Source: Clostridia bacterium (GTDB lineage: Bacteria > Bacillota > Peptococcia > DRI-13 > UBA5745). Taken from it: DNA of 64,000 nucleotides. The stretch covers positions 53,711-117,710 of the forward strand of contig JAHDPO010000044.1 in NCBI GenBank assembly GCA_018434325.1, read 5' to 3'. Of this stretch, positions 12,866 through 22,161 are shown in pieces (positions within the stretch are counted from its first letter, which is position 1; every line of letters starts with the position of its first letter). The notes beneath the pieces were generated by a model, which worked only from the letters and a program-made list of their open reading frames with translations, was not told the DNA's origin and did no database searches. Made by a program: the position numbers and the translations under genes.

Positions 12866-14200
12866 TCAGCTCTCGGCAACCACGGTGATCCTGCTGCGGA
12901 TCATCCCCATCCAACAGGAATAGACAATAGTCCCCTCCTCCTCAGGGGTAAAAACAATCTCATTGTATCCCGGCGCTAAAGTCTTGGTAATGTTGTATTG
13001 AGGAATAACCAGGGTTCTGTTGCAGCCGTTTAATGCCCCTTCGCCGGCCTGAATGATCCACTTTACCGGCACCCCTTTTTGCACGGTAATCGGCGGATAG
13101 CTGCCGGGCCGCAATGCAGTGGTGACCTCTTGCCTGTCGCCTGTAAGCTGAGCCACATTGCCTGTGGCCGCCGACGCTGCCGGAGCCGTCAGGCTCAGGC
13201 CGGAAAGGGCGGCACCCCTGCTCAGCATCACCGCCCCCAGCAGGATTACCAGGACCCCGCCGGCCTTCATCATTTTATGGGTAAACTTACCGCTCAAAAA
13301 GGCGCTGACGGCGCCCAGGCCAAACATCAAAGGCACGGTTCCCAAACTGAAAACAAACATGGCAGCGGCGCCGGCGGCCACACTGCCCGTGCCCAGGGCG
13401 TAAATCTGCATAGCCTGCAAGGGGCCGCAGGGCATCAGGCCATTGAGCATGCCCACATAAAAGGGCCTATACTTGCCGGCACTGCCGGCTTCTTGAGAGA
13501 CACTCCTGCTGAAAAACCCGGGCAGCCGGGGATTAAGCCGGCGAAGCCTGGGAAATAGGTTCAGCATATTCAACCCCATAACCACCATAAAAAATCCTGA
13601 TAAAATGGCCACAGCCCCCTTGGCCGCCCCGGAAAAGCTCAAAACCGAGCCCAGACCGCCGACAACGCCGCCAACGAGAGTATAGGAAAGCACCCGGCCT
13701 GCGTTATAAAAAAGACTGGGCAGCAGGTTCTGCCCCCCGTCCCTTGCTTTTGCGGGGGAAGAGTAAGCCAGGCATTGGGAAAGATTAATGCCGCCGCACA
13801 TGGCAATACAGTGAAATGAGGTAATCAGCCCCACGGCAAACAAGATACCGTAGCCCATATTTTGCGATAGGGCAGGTATGTAGTTAACGCCTACGGTGCT
13901 TTTGATTATCAGATAACCGGCCAATAGGATCAGGCCGATACCGATCAGCTGGCGGGAAGAAAATTTATCCTCAGCCTCTTCATCCTTCACCACATAATCC
14001 AGCTTCTCTATTTTGCCAATAATATTGCGGATAGAGATTACAGCAGGATCATAAGCTATCTCTACCGAGGCCCGGGAAAAGCTGGCTTTTACGCTTTTCA
14101 CTCCCGGCCGGCCCCGCAGTCCGGCTTCAATTCTCCTCTCGCAGCCGGAACAGGTCATGCCCTCGATTTTTAAAACCTTGCGAATCAAATTTTGCTTCAT
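12866..14200 (-). CDS. HMA + DsbD_2/TauE-like membrane + cupredoxin-like domain protein
   Basis: GMTCSGC, HCIAMCGG, LMPCGPLQ, YSCWMGM. Confidence 0.88.
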   Translation of the reverse strand: MKQNLIRKVLKIEGMTCSGCERRIEAGLRGRPGVKSVKASFSRASVEIAYDPAVISIRNIIGKIEKLDYVVKDEEAEDKFSSRQLIGIGLILLAGYLIIKSTVGVNYIPALSQNMGYGILFAVGLITSFHCIAMCGGINLSQCLAYSSPAKARDGGQNLLPSLFYNAGRVLSYTLVGGVVGGLGSVLSFSGAAKGAVAILSGFFMVVMGLNMLNLFPRLRRLNPRLPGFFSRSVSQEAGSAGKYRPFYVGMLNGLMPCGPLQAMQIYALGTGSVAAGAAAMFVFSLGTVPLMFGLGAVSAFLSGKFTHKMMKAGGVLVILLGAVMLSRGAALSGLSLTAPAASAATGNVAQLTGDRQEVTTALRPGSYPPITVQKGVPVKWIIQAGEGALNGCNRTLVIPQYNITKTLAPGYNEIVFTPEEEGTIVYSCWMGMIRSRITVVAES

Positions 14201-14228
14201 CGGCTGCTCCTATGCTGATTCCTGCTGC

Positions 14229-14765
14229 TTAACCGCCAAACAAACCTTTGTTGGCCAGCAGAAAGCCTTCCGAAATGGTAATGGTTTCCCCCTCAACCTG
14301 CTTATCCTCTGCCGAGATTGGCACAGGATTGCAGCCGTTCCTTTCTTTTTCGATCTGGCTTATTTTGAAACGGTTGCCGCAATTTTGACAAACCAGTTCA
14401 TCCCCTGCCTGCGTGTAATAGCCCTGGCCGGAATCATAACAGATCTGACAGGTATTAAAAGCCGTTCTTACGGTTCCGTCAGGAGCCCTCACCGCCAACA
14501 GCTCCATATAAGTTCCTTCAGCATTGTAGGGAATAAAACTGGCCGTGCCCGTAATCTCAGCGCCGGCGATCTGTACGTTGCCTCCCTGCTGGGCTTCTTT
14601 GGCCGCAGCAGCATCAGCCGGCAGGTTGCCCGCCGGATTGCCTTTAACCATAAAGAACACGGCCATTAAAAGGGCTGCTCCGCCAACCGCCATCAGCATA
14701 TTGCCGCTTTTCCCCTTTGCCGGGACGGCGGTATTATTGCGCTGTTGCTTCTTCGTCTTTGTCAT
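14229..14765 (-). CDS. DUF2318-type membrane-anchored Fe-S protein
   Basis: AFNTCQICY, LVCQNCG, GCNPVP; N-terminal TM. Confidence 0.8.
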   Translation of the reverse strand: MTKTKKQQRNNTAVPAKGKSGNMLMAVGGAALLMAVFFMVKGNPAGNLPADAAAAKEAQQGGNVQIAGAEITGTASFIPYNAEGTYMELLAVRAPDGTVRTAFNTCQICYDSGQGYYTQAGDELVCQNCGNRFKISQIEKERNGCNPVPISAEDKQVEGETITISEGFLLANKGLFGG

Positions 14766-14854
14766 ATTTGCGCTCCTTTTTCTCAGCATTTTAATCGCAA
14801 AAATCCTATTTCAAGCTTCGCTGTTAAATCTCATACTTATTTAGTATGGATTAA

Positions 14855-14883
14855 ATACTAATGTATTAACAAGCCTTTGTCAA
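14855..14883 (-). promoter_or_regulatory. sigmaA promoter of the DUF2318-HMA operon
   Basis: TTGACA-17 bp-TAGTAT; palindrome CATACT/AGTATG at 14832-14848 just downstream. Confidence 0.55.
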
Positions 14884-14890
14884 TGGCAAT

Positions 14891-14943
14891 AAAACCTATA
14901 GATTTAATATGCTATTGACAAAAATAGGCTTCCACTATATGAT
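14891..14943 (+). promoter_or_regulatory. cysK promoter with adjacent CymR/Rrf2-like box
   Basis: TTGACA(14915)-17 bp-TATGAT; AAAACCTATAGATTTAATATGCTA abuts the -35. Confidence 0.6.
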
Positions 14944-15013
14944 GACCATCATATAAAACATATAAAATTTATTTTATTGCACCGAACTGTTTAAGATAAT
15001 GGAGGGTTTTATT

Positions 15014-15946
15014 ATGTCTAAGATTTACAAAAGCTTAACGGATCTGATCGGCAAAACTCCTCTGCTGGAGCTTGCCAATTATGAGAAAATCCAGGGCTTG
15101 GAGGCGACTATCCTTGCAAAGCTGGAGTACTTCAATCCTGCCGGCAGCGTCAAGGACAGAATCGCTAAAGCAATGGTGGATGACGCCGAGGCCAAGGGCC
15201 TTTTACAGCCGGGCTCCGTTATCATTGAGCCTACCAGCGGCAATACGGGTATCGGCCTGGCCTCTGTTGCAGCGGCCCGGGGCTACCGCATTATTTTGAC
15301 CATGCCCGAAACCATGAGTATCGAGCGCAGAACTCTTTTGAAGGCTTACGGCGCCGAGCTGGTGCTGACCGAAGGCGCCCTGGGCATGAAAGGCGCCATC
15401 GCCAAGGCTGAGGAGCTGGCTAAAGAAATATCCCATTCCTTTATTCCCGGCCAGTTTGTCAATCCGGCCAATCCTGCCGTTCACCAGGCTACAACCGGCC
15501 CGGAAATCTGGGAGGATACGGCGGGAACTGTCGACATTTTTGTAGCCGGCGTCGGTACCGGGGGTACCATTACGGGAGTAGGCACATTTTTAAAATCGAA
15601 AAATCCTACTATAAAAATCGTCGCCGTCGAGCCGGCGGATTCGCCGATGCTTTCAAAAGGCAAGGCCGGCCCCCATAAAATCCAAGGCATCGGAGCAGGT
15701 TTTGTGCCCGAGGTTTTGAATACCGGGATTTATGATGAAATTATACCCGTAGAAAATGAGGCTGCCTTTGCAGTAGTCCGGGAACTGGCCAAAAGGGAAG
15801 GCCTCCTTGTGGGCATCTCCGCCGGCGCCGCCCTCTGGGCCGCCACTCAACTGGCCAAGCAGCCGGAAAATGCCGGAAAAACCATCGTCGTTTTGCTGCC
15901 GGATACCGGCGAGCGTTACCTTTCCACTCCTCTTTTCTCTGAATAA
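15014..15946 (+). CDS. cysK: cysteine synthase A
   Basis: [30 protein letters not shown]. Confidence 0.97.
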   Translation: MSKIYKSLTDLIGKTPLLELANYEKIQGLEATILAKLEYFNPAGSVKDRIAKAMVDDAEAKGLLQPGSVIIEPTSGNTGIGLASVAAARGYRIILTMPETMSIERRTLLKAYGAELVLTEGALGMKGAIAKAEELAKEISHSFIPGQFVNPANPAVHQATTGPEIWEDTAGTVDIFVAGVGTGGTITGVGTFLKSKNPTIKIVAVEPADSPMLSKGKAGPHKIQGIGAGFVPEVLNTGIYDEIIPVENEAAFAVVRELAKREGLLVGISAGAALWAATQLAKQPENAGKTIVVLLPDTGERYLSTPLFSE

Positions 15947-15960
15947 GGCCTGGTGACGCC

Positions 15961-16377
15961 ATGAAAATATCGACAAAGGGCCGCTATGCCTTGCGTTTAA
16001 TGCTGGATCTGGCATTAAACGATGAGACAGGCTACATTCCCATAAGAAGTATTTCTCAAAGGCAAGAAATATCTTATAAATACCTGGAGCAGATTATTAC
16101 CCTCCTCAGCAGGGCGGGGTTCGTAAAAAGCAGCCGGGGAGTTCGTGGCGGCTACAAGCTGGCAAAAAATCCGGAAGAGTATACGGTAGGTATGATCTTA
16201 CGGCTGATTGAAGGCAATCTTGTTCCCGTTGCCTGCCTGGAAAACCAGCCCAACCAATGCCCGAGATGCCATCATTGCGTCACCCTTGACGTTTGGCAGC
16301 AGCTTGAAGAAGCCATCAGCGGCGTTATCGACCATATAACTCTGGCGGATTTAGTAAAAAAGCATCGGGAAAAATAA
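15961..16377 (+). CDS. Rrf2-family regulator (CymR/IscR-like)
   Basis: STKGRYALR, SRGVRGGY, Cys cluster CLENQPNQCPRCHHC. Confidence 0.92.
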   Translation: MKISTKGRYALRLMLDLALNDETGYIPIRSISQRQEISYKYLEQIITLLSRAGFVKSSRGVRGGYKLAKNPEEYTVGMILRLIEGNLVPVACLENQPNQCPRCHHCVTLDVWQQLEEAISGVIDHITLADLVKKHREK

Positions 16378-16401
16378 TAATGTGGTATAATAAGAGGAGT
16401 A

Positions 16402-17454
16402 ATGCAAGTGGACCTGCAGCATGAGATTTATCAAGAGGCACTGGCGGAGCTGAGAAGCGGGAGCCGGGCCGTGGTTTTGACAACACTTAATAGCCGGTGC
16501 CCCGATGCACCGGCTAAGTTTCTTTTCAAGGAAGCTGACCTTGCCTCTAAAGCAGAGCCCGCAAGCCTCCGGGAAAAACTGGTCTGGACCGCCTGGCAAA
16601 AGGGCAGCCTCCAATACAGTGAAGATAAGGCGGGCAATCTGCTTATTGCCGAGCCCTACGTTCCTGAATCCCGTCTGATTATTTTAGGCGGCGGCCATAT
16701 TGCCCTGCCCCTGGCTGAATTCGCCGCCAAATGCGGCTTCGCCGTCACCGTCACCGACGACCGGCCCTCTTTTGCCAATGAGCAGCGCTTTCCCCTGGCC
16801 CGCAGCGTATTCTGCGAGAGCTTTGAACGTTGTTTCTCCCTTTTAAATATTGATAAATCTGCCTTTGTGGTCATCGTCACCCGAGGCCACCGGCATGATA
16901 TGGATTGCCTGCGGCAGGTGCTGAAGTTGGATACGGCCTACACGGGCATGATCGGCTCCAGGAGGCGGGTTCAGGCCATCATGAGGCAGCTGGCCGACGA
17001 GGGCTATCCCGCCGAAAAGCTGGCGGCCGTTTGCTCCCCCATCGGTCTGGATATCGGAGCGGTGACGCCGGAGGAAATTGCCGTCTCCATCCTTTCCGAG
17101 GTAATCCGCTATAAGCGGAAATCCCCCTATGCCAATTGGACTCAATTGGATAAAGAAGTCCTTGCCGAAATGGAAAAGGAAAAAGCTGAGCCCCGGGCCT
17201 TGGTGACCATTATTGAGACGAAGGGCTCCGTCCCCAGAGAGGCCGGCGCCAAAATGATTCTCTGGCCCTACGGCAAAACCCTGGGCAGCATCGGCGGCGG
17301 CTGCAGCGAAAGCGACGTCATTAAGCAGGCTTACGACGTTATCCGCCATGGCGGCTACAAAATCATCGACGTCGATATGACGGGTGAAGTAGCGGAAAAT
17401 GAAGGCATGGTCTGCGGCGGCACAATGAAGGTTATCGTTGAACAATTACTGTAA
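16402..17454 (+). CDS. XdhC/CoxI-family molybdoenzyme accessory protein
   Basis: GGGHIA, TRGHRHD, PIGLDIGAVTPEEIA; C-terminal KGSVPREAGAKM, GMVCGG. Confidence 0.88.
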   Translation: MQVDLQHEIYQEALAELRSGSRAVVLTTLNSRCPDAPAKFLFKEADLASKAEPASLREKLVWTAWQKGSLQYSEDKAGNLLIAEPYVPESRLIILGGGHIALPLAEFAAKCGFAVTVTDDRPSFANEQRFPLARSVFCESFERCFSLLNIDKSAFVVIVTRGHRHDMDCLRQVLKLDTAYTGMIGSRRRVQAIMRQLADEGYPAEKLAAVCSPIGLDIGAVTPEEIAVSILSEVIRYKRKSPYANWTQLDKEVLAEMEKEKAEPRALVTIIETKGSVPREAGAKMILWPYGKTLGSIGGGCSESDVIKQAYDVIRHGGYKIIDVDMTGEVAENEGMVCGGTMKVIVEQLL

Positions 17455-17519
17455 ACTTTTGCGCTTAGGCTACATAGTCTATGGATATTGCATGCTGTTT
17501 GATTTTTAGGAGGTGTTTT

Positions 17520-18428
17520 ATGGACAACGCAGAGTACCGCCATTTTAATGAATTAGTTGCCGGAATTATTAATGAATTGGCTGAGAACGCCGATGAGCAT
17601 ATGATTCATCCCAACCACTTGCCCGACAGAAATGTGGTCATCGAAATTATTGATACGCTGAGGGAAATACTGTTTCCGGGATTTTACCGAAAGCTCAGCA
17701 CGGCTAAGGCCAGCCTGGGCTATTATATAGGCCTGCTGCTTTTTGAGGTGCAGGATAAACTTCAGCAGCAAATCTGCCTGGCCCTGCTCCATGAGCATGC
17801 CCAAGGCAAGGGCTGCACGCCGGAAATTGAGGAACGGGCCCGGCAAATCACCCGGGCTTTCATCGGCAAGCTGCCTTCTTTGCGAAAAACCCTGTATATG
17901 GATGTGGACGCCGCTTTGGACGGCGATCCGGCAGCCCGCAGCAAACAGGAAATTATCTTTGCTTACCCCGGCATCTATGCCATAACCGTATACCGCATAG
18001 CCCATGAGTTCTATCTGCTGGGCGTCCCCTTGATCCCACGAATCATGACCGAATATGCCCACGGCCTAACCGGCATCGACATTCATCCCGGCGCCGCAAT
18101 CGGCCACCATTTCTTTATTGATCACGGCACCGGCATCGTTGTCGGCGAGACGACGGAAATCGGCAATCATGTCAAGATCTATCAGGGCGTAACCTTAGGA
18201 GCCCTGTCCACCAGAGGCGGCCAGAGCTTGCAAGGCAAAAAACGCCATCCCACCATCGAGGATGAAGTGACCATATATTCTTCAACCTCTATCTTAGGCG
18301 GGGAGACCATTATCGGCAAAGGCGCCGTCATCGGCAGCAATGCCTTTTTAACGAAATCCGTACCGCCGGGCACCAGGGTCAGCATAAAAACCCCGGAGCT
18401 GGACTTCAAAGAGCTGAAAACTCCTTAA
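17520..18428 (+). CDS. cysE: serine O-acetyltransferase
   Basis: GDPAA, GIDIHPGA, FFIDHGTG, KRHPTI; RBS AGGAGG. Confidence 0.93.
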   Translation: MDNAEYRHFNELVAGIINELAENADEHMIHPNHLPDRNVVIEIIDTLREILFPGFYRKLSTAKASLGYYIGLLLFEVQDKLQQQICLALLHEHAQGKGCTPEIEERARQITRAFIGKLPSLRKTLYMDVDAALDGDPAARSKQEIIFAYPGIYAITVYRIAHEFYLLGVPLIPRIMTEYAHGLTGIDIHPGAAIGHHFFIDHGTGIVVGETTEIGNHVKIYQGVTLGALSTRGGQSLQGKKRHPTIEDEVTIYSSTSILGGETIIGKGAVIGSNAFLTKSVPPGTRVSIKTPELDFKELKTP

Positions 18429-18441
18429 AGCTGAAAACTCC

Positions 18442-18606
18442 TTAGAATTGGAAGGACAAAAGCACTCCCAGCACACCGCCATAGATAATGGACGTATAGG
18501 GGTTTGATGTTATCGGGCAGCTGCCGCCGCTGCAGCCAATCAGCCGGTAAAAAACAAAATAGCCCAGGACAGCGCCCACCGCAGCGCCAATTATATATTT
18601 TATCAT
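18442..18606 (-). CDS. 54-aa membrane protein, DUF6132-like (not in ORF track)
   Basis: MIKYIIGAAVGAVLGYFVFYRLIGCSGGSCPITSNPYTSIIYGGVLGVLLSFQF; RBS GGAGG. Confidence 0.85.
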   Translation of the reverse strand: MIKYIIGAAVGAVLGYFVFYRLIGCSGGSCPITSNPYTSIIYGGVLGVLLSFQF

Positions 18607-18697
18607 ACCAACCCTCCGTTCTTTTCCGTATTCCGGTATCTCTGCTTGTTATTTTACTGCCTTTCTTCCCTGATTACCGTGACCATATCACCATAAG

Positions 18698-18746
18698 AAA
18701 AAGGCTAAGCTGCCCTGCTCACCGCCGGGACTGCTTAGCCTTTTTT
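18698..18746. terminator. intrinsic terminator (bidirectional form)
   Basis: AAAAAGGCTAAGC...GCTTAGCCTTTTTT. Confidence 0.75.
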
Positions 18747-18797
18747 GTTATTATTGCCGTTATTATTGCCGCCCTTGCTGCAATACTTGGTGTTTGC

Positions 18798-19151
18798 TTA
18801 TTCTTCCGTATCGGCCATCAGCCGGGCCGGCTGATTGAGCACACCGGTCATATAGCCCTTTTGGTGCATTTTAGCCACGTGAGCTCTTAAGGTCTGCTCG
18901 ATATCCACCTCGTACTCTTTTTCCAGAACATACATCATGGTCACTGCGGTCTGGGCCACATCCACCAGCTCTTCCACGATCAGCTGCACCACCCGCTGCT
19001 GTTCCAGCCGGCTGGGCTCGCCGCTCATGCCCCTGTATTTGCCGATGACCTGGGCCAGCTCACCGGTTTCCTCCATCAGCTTCAAGGCTGTGGATTCAAG
19101 GGTAGGATTCAGCCCGTCCAGACAGGGTAAAGAAATAGTCTTTCCTTTCAT
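18798..19151 (-). CDS. MazG-like nucleotide pyrophosphohydrolase
   Basis: KLMEETGELAQ, EELVDVAQ. Confidence 0.8.
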   Translation of the reverse strand: MKGKTISLPCLDGLNPTLESTALKLMEETGELAQVIGKYRGMSGEPSRLEQQRVVQLIVEELVDVAQTAVTMMYVLEKEYEVDIEQTLRAHVAKMHQKGYMTGVLNQPARLMADTEE

Positions 19152-19152
19152 C

Positions 19153-19629
19153 TCAAACACCTTTTTCCGGAATACTCGGGGCTTTTTTATACTTATGGCA
19201 GAAAACGCCGGCTTCTTTTAATAAAAGGCGAGACATCTCATCGGGATAATCCCCTTCAAAGATGATCTCCTCGATGCCGGCATTGATCAGCATTTTGGTG
19301 CAGATACTGCAAGGCTGGGTCGTAATATAGGCCGTGGCTCCCTGAAGGATAATACCGTGGCGGGCGCCCTGAATGATGGCGTTTTGCTCGGCGTGAACCC
19401 CCCGGCACATTTCATGGCGCTGGCCGGAAGGAATTCCTTCTTTTTCCCGGCGGCAGCCGGTCTCCGAACAATGGCTTACGCCGCTGGGAGCTCCGTTATA
19501 TCCCGTGGACAAAATCCGGCGGTCTTTGACAACCACACAGCCCACCTGCCTGCGCAGGCAAGTGGACCGGCTGGCTACCATGCCGGCAATTTCCATGAAA
19601 TAATCATCCCAACCGGGCCGCGTATCCAT
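19153..19629 (-). CDS. dCMP deaminase (ComEB family)
   Basis: [21 protein letters not shown]. Confidence 0.93.
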   Translation of the reverse strand: MDTRPGWDDYFMEIAGMVASRSTCLRRQVGCVVVKDRRILSTGYNGAPSGVSHCSETGCRREKEGIPSGQRHEMCRGVHAEQNAIIQGARHGIILQGATAYITTQPCSICTKMLINAGIEEIIFEGDYPDEMSRLLLKEAGVFCHKYKKAPSIPEKGV

Positions 19630-20891
19630 TATAACCTCCACTGTTCGGCAAAGATAGGAAAGCCGCCGGTCAAATCGCTGACCATGATTCTGGCCTTGCT
19701 TAAGACGCCGCTATCTTCGGGGTTGCTGAGAACCAAATCAATGATTTCGGCAATGGTGGCCATATCGGTCTCTCTCATGCCTCTGGTGGTGGTGGCGGGA
19801 GTGCCGATTCTGACGCCGCTGGTAACAAAGGGGCTTTCGGGATCGAAGGGGATGGCATTTTTATTGACGGTAATGCCGGCTTCATCCAGCAGTTTTTCGG
19901 CTACTTTGCCCGTCAGCTTCTTCGGCCGCAAATCCACCAGCATCAAATGGTTGTCGGTGCCGCCGGAGACCAGGCGGAAGCCTTTAGCCGTCAGCTCTTT
20001 GGCCAGTACCTGAGCGTTGTTGATGATCTGCTGCTGATAGACTTTGAACTGAGGCGACAGAGCTTCTTTGAAGGACATGGCCTTGGCGGCAATCACATGC
20101 ATGAGGGGACCGCCCTGGATGCCGGGGAAGATGGCCTTATCGATGGCCTTGGCCAACTCCTCCCTGCAGAGAATAAGACCGCCTCTGGGACCCCGTAATG
20201 TCTTATGGGTGGTGGAAGTCACCACATCGGCATAAGGCACGGGATTAGGATGAAGGCCGGCAGCCACTAAACCGGCAATGTGGGCCATATCCACCATGAA
20301 GAGTGAGCCGGCTTCTTTGGCAATAGCCGACATTTTGGCAAAATCGATGGTTCTGGGGTAGGCGCTGGCTCCTGCCACCATCAGCTTGGGCCGGGTCTTC
20401 AGCATCAGCTCTCTTAAAGCGTCATAATCAATGATTTCGCTGTCCTCAGTCACGCCATAGGGAACAAAATTATAGTACTTGCCGGAAATATTAACCGGTG
20501 AACCATGGGTCAAGTGACCGCCGTGAGCCAAGCTCATTCCCACAATGGTATCGCCGGGCTCCACCAGGGCAAAATAAACAGCCGTATTGGCCTGGGCGCC
20601 GGAATGGGCCTGGACATTGGCATGCTCCGCGCCAAACAAGGCCTTAGCCCGGTCGATGGCCAGATTTTCGACGATATCCACGTACTCGCAGCCGCCATAA
20701 TAGCGTTTGCCGGGATAACCTTCGGCATATTTGTTGGTCAATACCGAACCTTGGGCTGCCATCACCGCGGGACTGACGTAGTTCTCCGATGCAATCAGCT
20801 CAATTTTTTCACTTTGTCTGGTCTTTTCCTGCTCCATTGCCGCCGCCAATTCAGAATCGGCCTTGGTCAGAAGCTCCGCAACATAATCCAT
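19629..20891 (-). CDS. glyA: serine hydroxymethyltransferase
   Basis: [28 protein letters not shown]. Confidence 0.98.
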   Translation of the reverse strand: MDYVAELLTKADSELAAAMEQEKTRQSEKIELIASENYVSPAVMAAQGSVLTNKYAEGYPGKRYYGGCEYVDIVENLAIDRAKALFGAEHANVQAHSGAQANTAVYFALVEPGDTIVGMSLAHGGHLTHGSPVNISGKYYNFVPYGVTEDSEIIDYDALRELMLKTRPKLMVAGASAYPRTIDFAKMSAIAKEAGSLFMVDMAHIAGLVAAGLHPNPVPYADVVTSTTHKTLRGPRGGLILCREELAKAIDKAIFPGIQGGPLMHVIAAKAMSFKEALSPQFKVYQQQIINNAQVLAKELTAKGFRLVSGGTDNHLMLVDLRPKKLTGKVAEKLLDEAGITVNKNAIPFDPESPFVTSGVRIGTPATTTRGMRETDMATIAEIIDLVLSNPEDSGVLSKARIMVSDLTGGFPIFAEQWRL

Positions 20892-20976
20892 GGTATTCTG
20901 CCCCCTTGCTAATATATTGATCATTGCTTATTGCCTAATAACGGGAAAGCCGGATATACCCTCCGTCTCCCTTGTC

Positions 20977-21525
20977 TTATTTGTACTGAGCCCGCTCGCC
21001 GCCGATCAGCTTCGGCCTGGTCCGCACCATGGTTACCCGGGCTTCGCCGATCCAGGGCTCCGCCGGCCGCACCATAACGGCCACCGGCCGCAGATGCATG
21101 CCAATGCAGGTCTCACCGATATCAATACCGGCAGCGGCTTTGTGGCAATCCAGGCTTTCCACTACCACCGGCTCTTTCATATGGCGGTAAGCCCAGGCAG
21201 CCCAACTGCCCCCCGCTTTCCTCACCGGCACTACCGTCACCGGCGGCAAGCCAAAGCGCAGAGCAGCTTCTTTTTCCATTACCAAGGCCCGGTTTAAATG
21301 CTCGCAGCACTGAGCAGCCAGCCAAATCCCCTTTGCTTCCAGCTGAGGCTGAATAGCGGCAAATATGGCTTCGCCCACTTCTTCCGCAGGATCGCTGCCG
21401 ATTTTTTTGCCCATGACCTCGCTGGTGCTGCAGCCTACTACTAGGATATCTCCGGCTTCCAGCCCTGCCGCCGCCAATAAGGCTTCCAGGCAGGCTGCCG
21501 TCTGATTTTTGATCTTATCCAGCAT
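20977..21525 (-). CDS. ywlG: YwlG/TIGR01440 family protein
   Basis: GCSTSEV, QCCEHLNRAL, TRPKLIGG; synteny rpiB-glyA. Confidence 0.9.
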   Translation of the reverse strand: MLDKIKNQTAACLEALLAAAGLEAGDILVVGCSTSEVMGKKIGSDPAEEVGEAIFAAIQPQLEAKGIWLAAQCCEHLNRALVMEKEAALRFGLPPVTVVPVRKAGGSWAAWAYRHMKEPVVVESLDCHKAAAGIDIGETCIGMHLRPVAVMVRPAEPWIGEARVTMVRTRPKLIGGERAQYK

Positions 21526-21537
21526 CCTGATCCCTCC

Positions 21538-21621
21538 TTAACGCCGATATAGCAAAAAAGCTCCCACTAACAAGACGATCACAATAACCGCTACAATAAA
21601 AACCATCAAGCTTACTAACAT
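21538..21621 (-). CDS. putative 27-aa single-TM peptide (not in ORF track)
   Basis: MLVSLMVFIVAVIVIVLLVGAFLLYRR; start overlaps rpiB end, GGAG upstream, stop overlaps the ywlG RBS. Confidence 0.6.
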   Translation of the reverse strand: MLVSLMVFIVAVIVIVLLVGAFLLYRR

Positions 21622-22055
21622 TGTTCGATCTCCATCAGCTTGTCCACCCGGGTACTGTGCCGGCCGCCTTCAAAAGAGGTGCTCAGCCAGATTTCCACAA
21701 TATCCAGGGCCAGACCGGCGCCAACCACCCTTTGGCCCAGGGCCAGGACATTGGCGTCATTATGCAGCCTGCTCATCCTGGCGGAAAAAGTATCCCCGCA
21801 TAACGCTGCCCGTATACCTCGGACCTTATTGGCTGCAATGCTTACGCCAATACCGGTGCCGCAGACCAGAATTCCCCTGTCTGATTGGCCGGCAGCCACA
21901 TCCAGGGCTACAGCCTTGGCATAATCGGGGTAATCACAGGACTCGAGGCTATGGGTGCCCTTGTCCTCCACTTCGTGGCCTTTTTCCAGAAGACGGGCTT
22001 TAATAGCTTCTTTTAATTCAAAGCCGCCGTGATCGGCGCCCAGAGCGATTTTCAT
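21615..22055 (-). CDS. rpiB: ribose-5-phosphate isomerase B
   Basis: DHGG, CGTGIG, HNDANVL, FEGGRH. Confidence 0.96.
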   Translation of the reverse strand: MKIALGADHGGFELKEAIKARLLEKGHEVEDKGTHSLESCDYPDYAKAVALDVAAGQSDRGILVCGTGIGVSIAANKVRGIRAALCGDTFSARMSRLHNDANVLALGQRVVGAGLALDIVEIWLSTSFEGGRHSTRVDKLMEIEQC

Positions 22056-22161
22056 CTCAGCATCCTCCGCATGTTTCACTATTTCAGACTTTATTTTACC
22101 ATATTCCCCTGCTCAGTAAAACCGCTGCCGGAAATATACATGGGGAATTTAGGGAAATAAC

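Noticed and set aside
18504-18890. 128-aa plus-strand ORF
   Set aside because: Antisense to the 54-aa gene and a terminator
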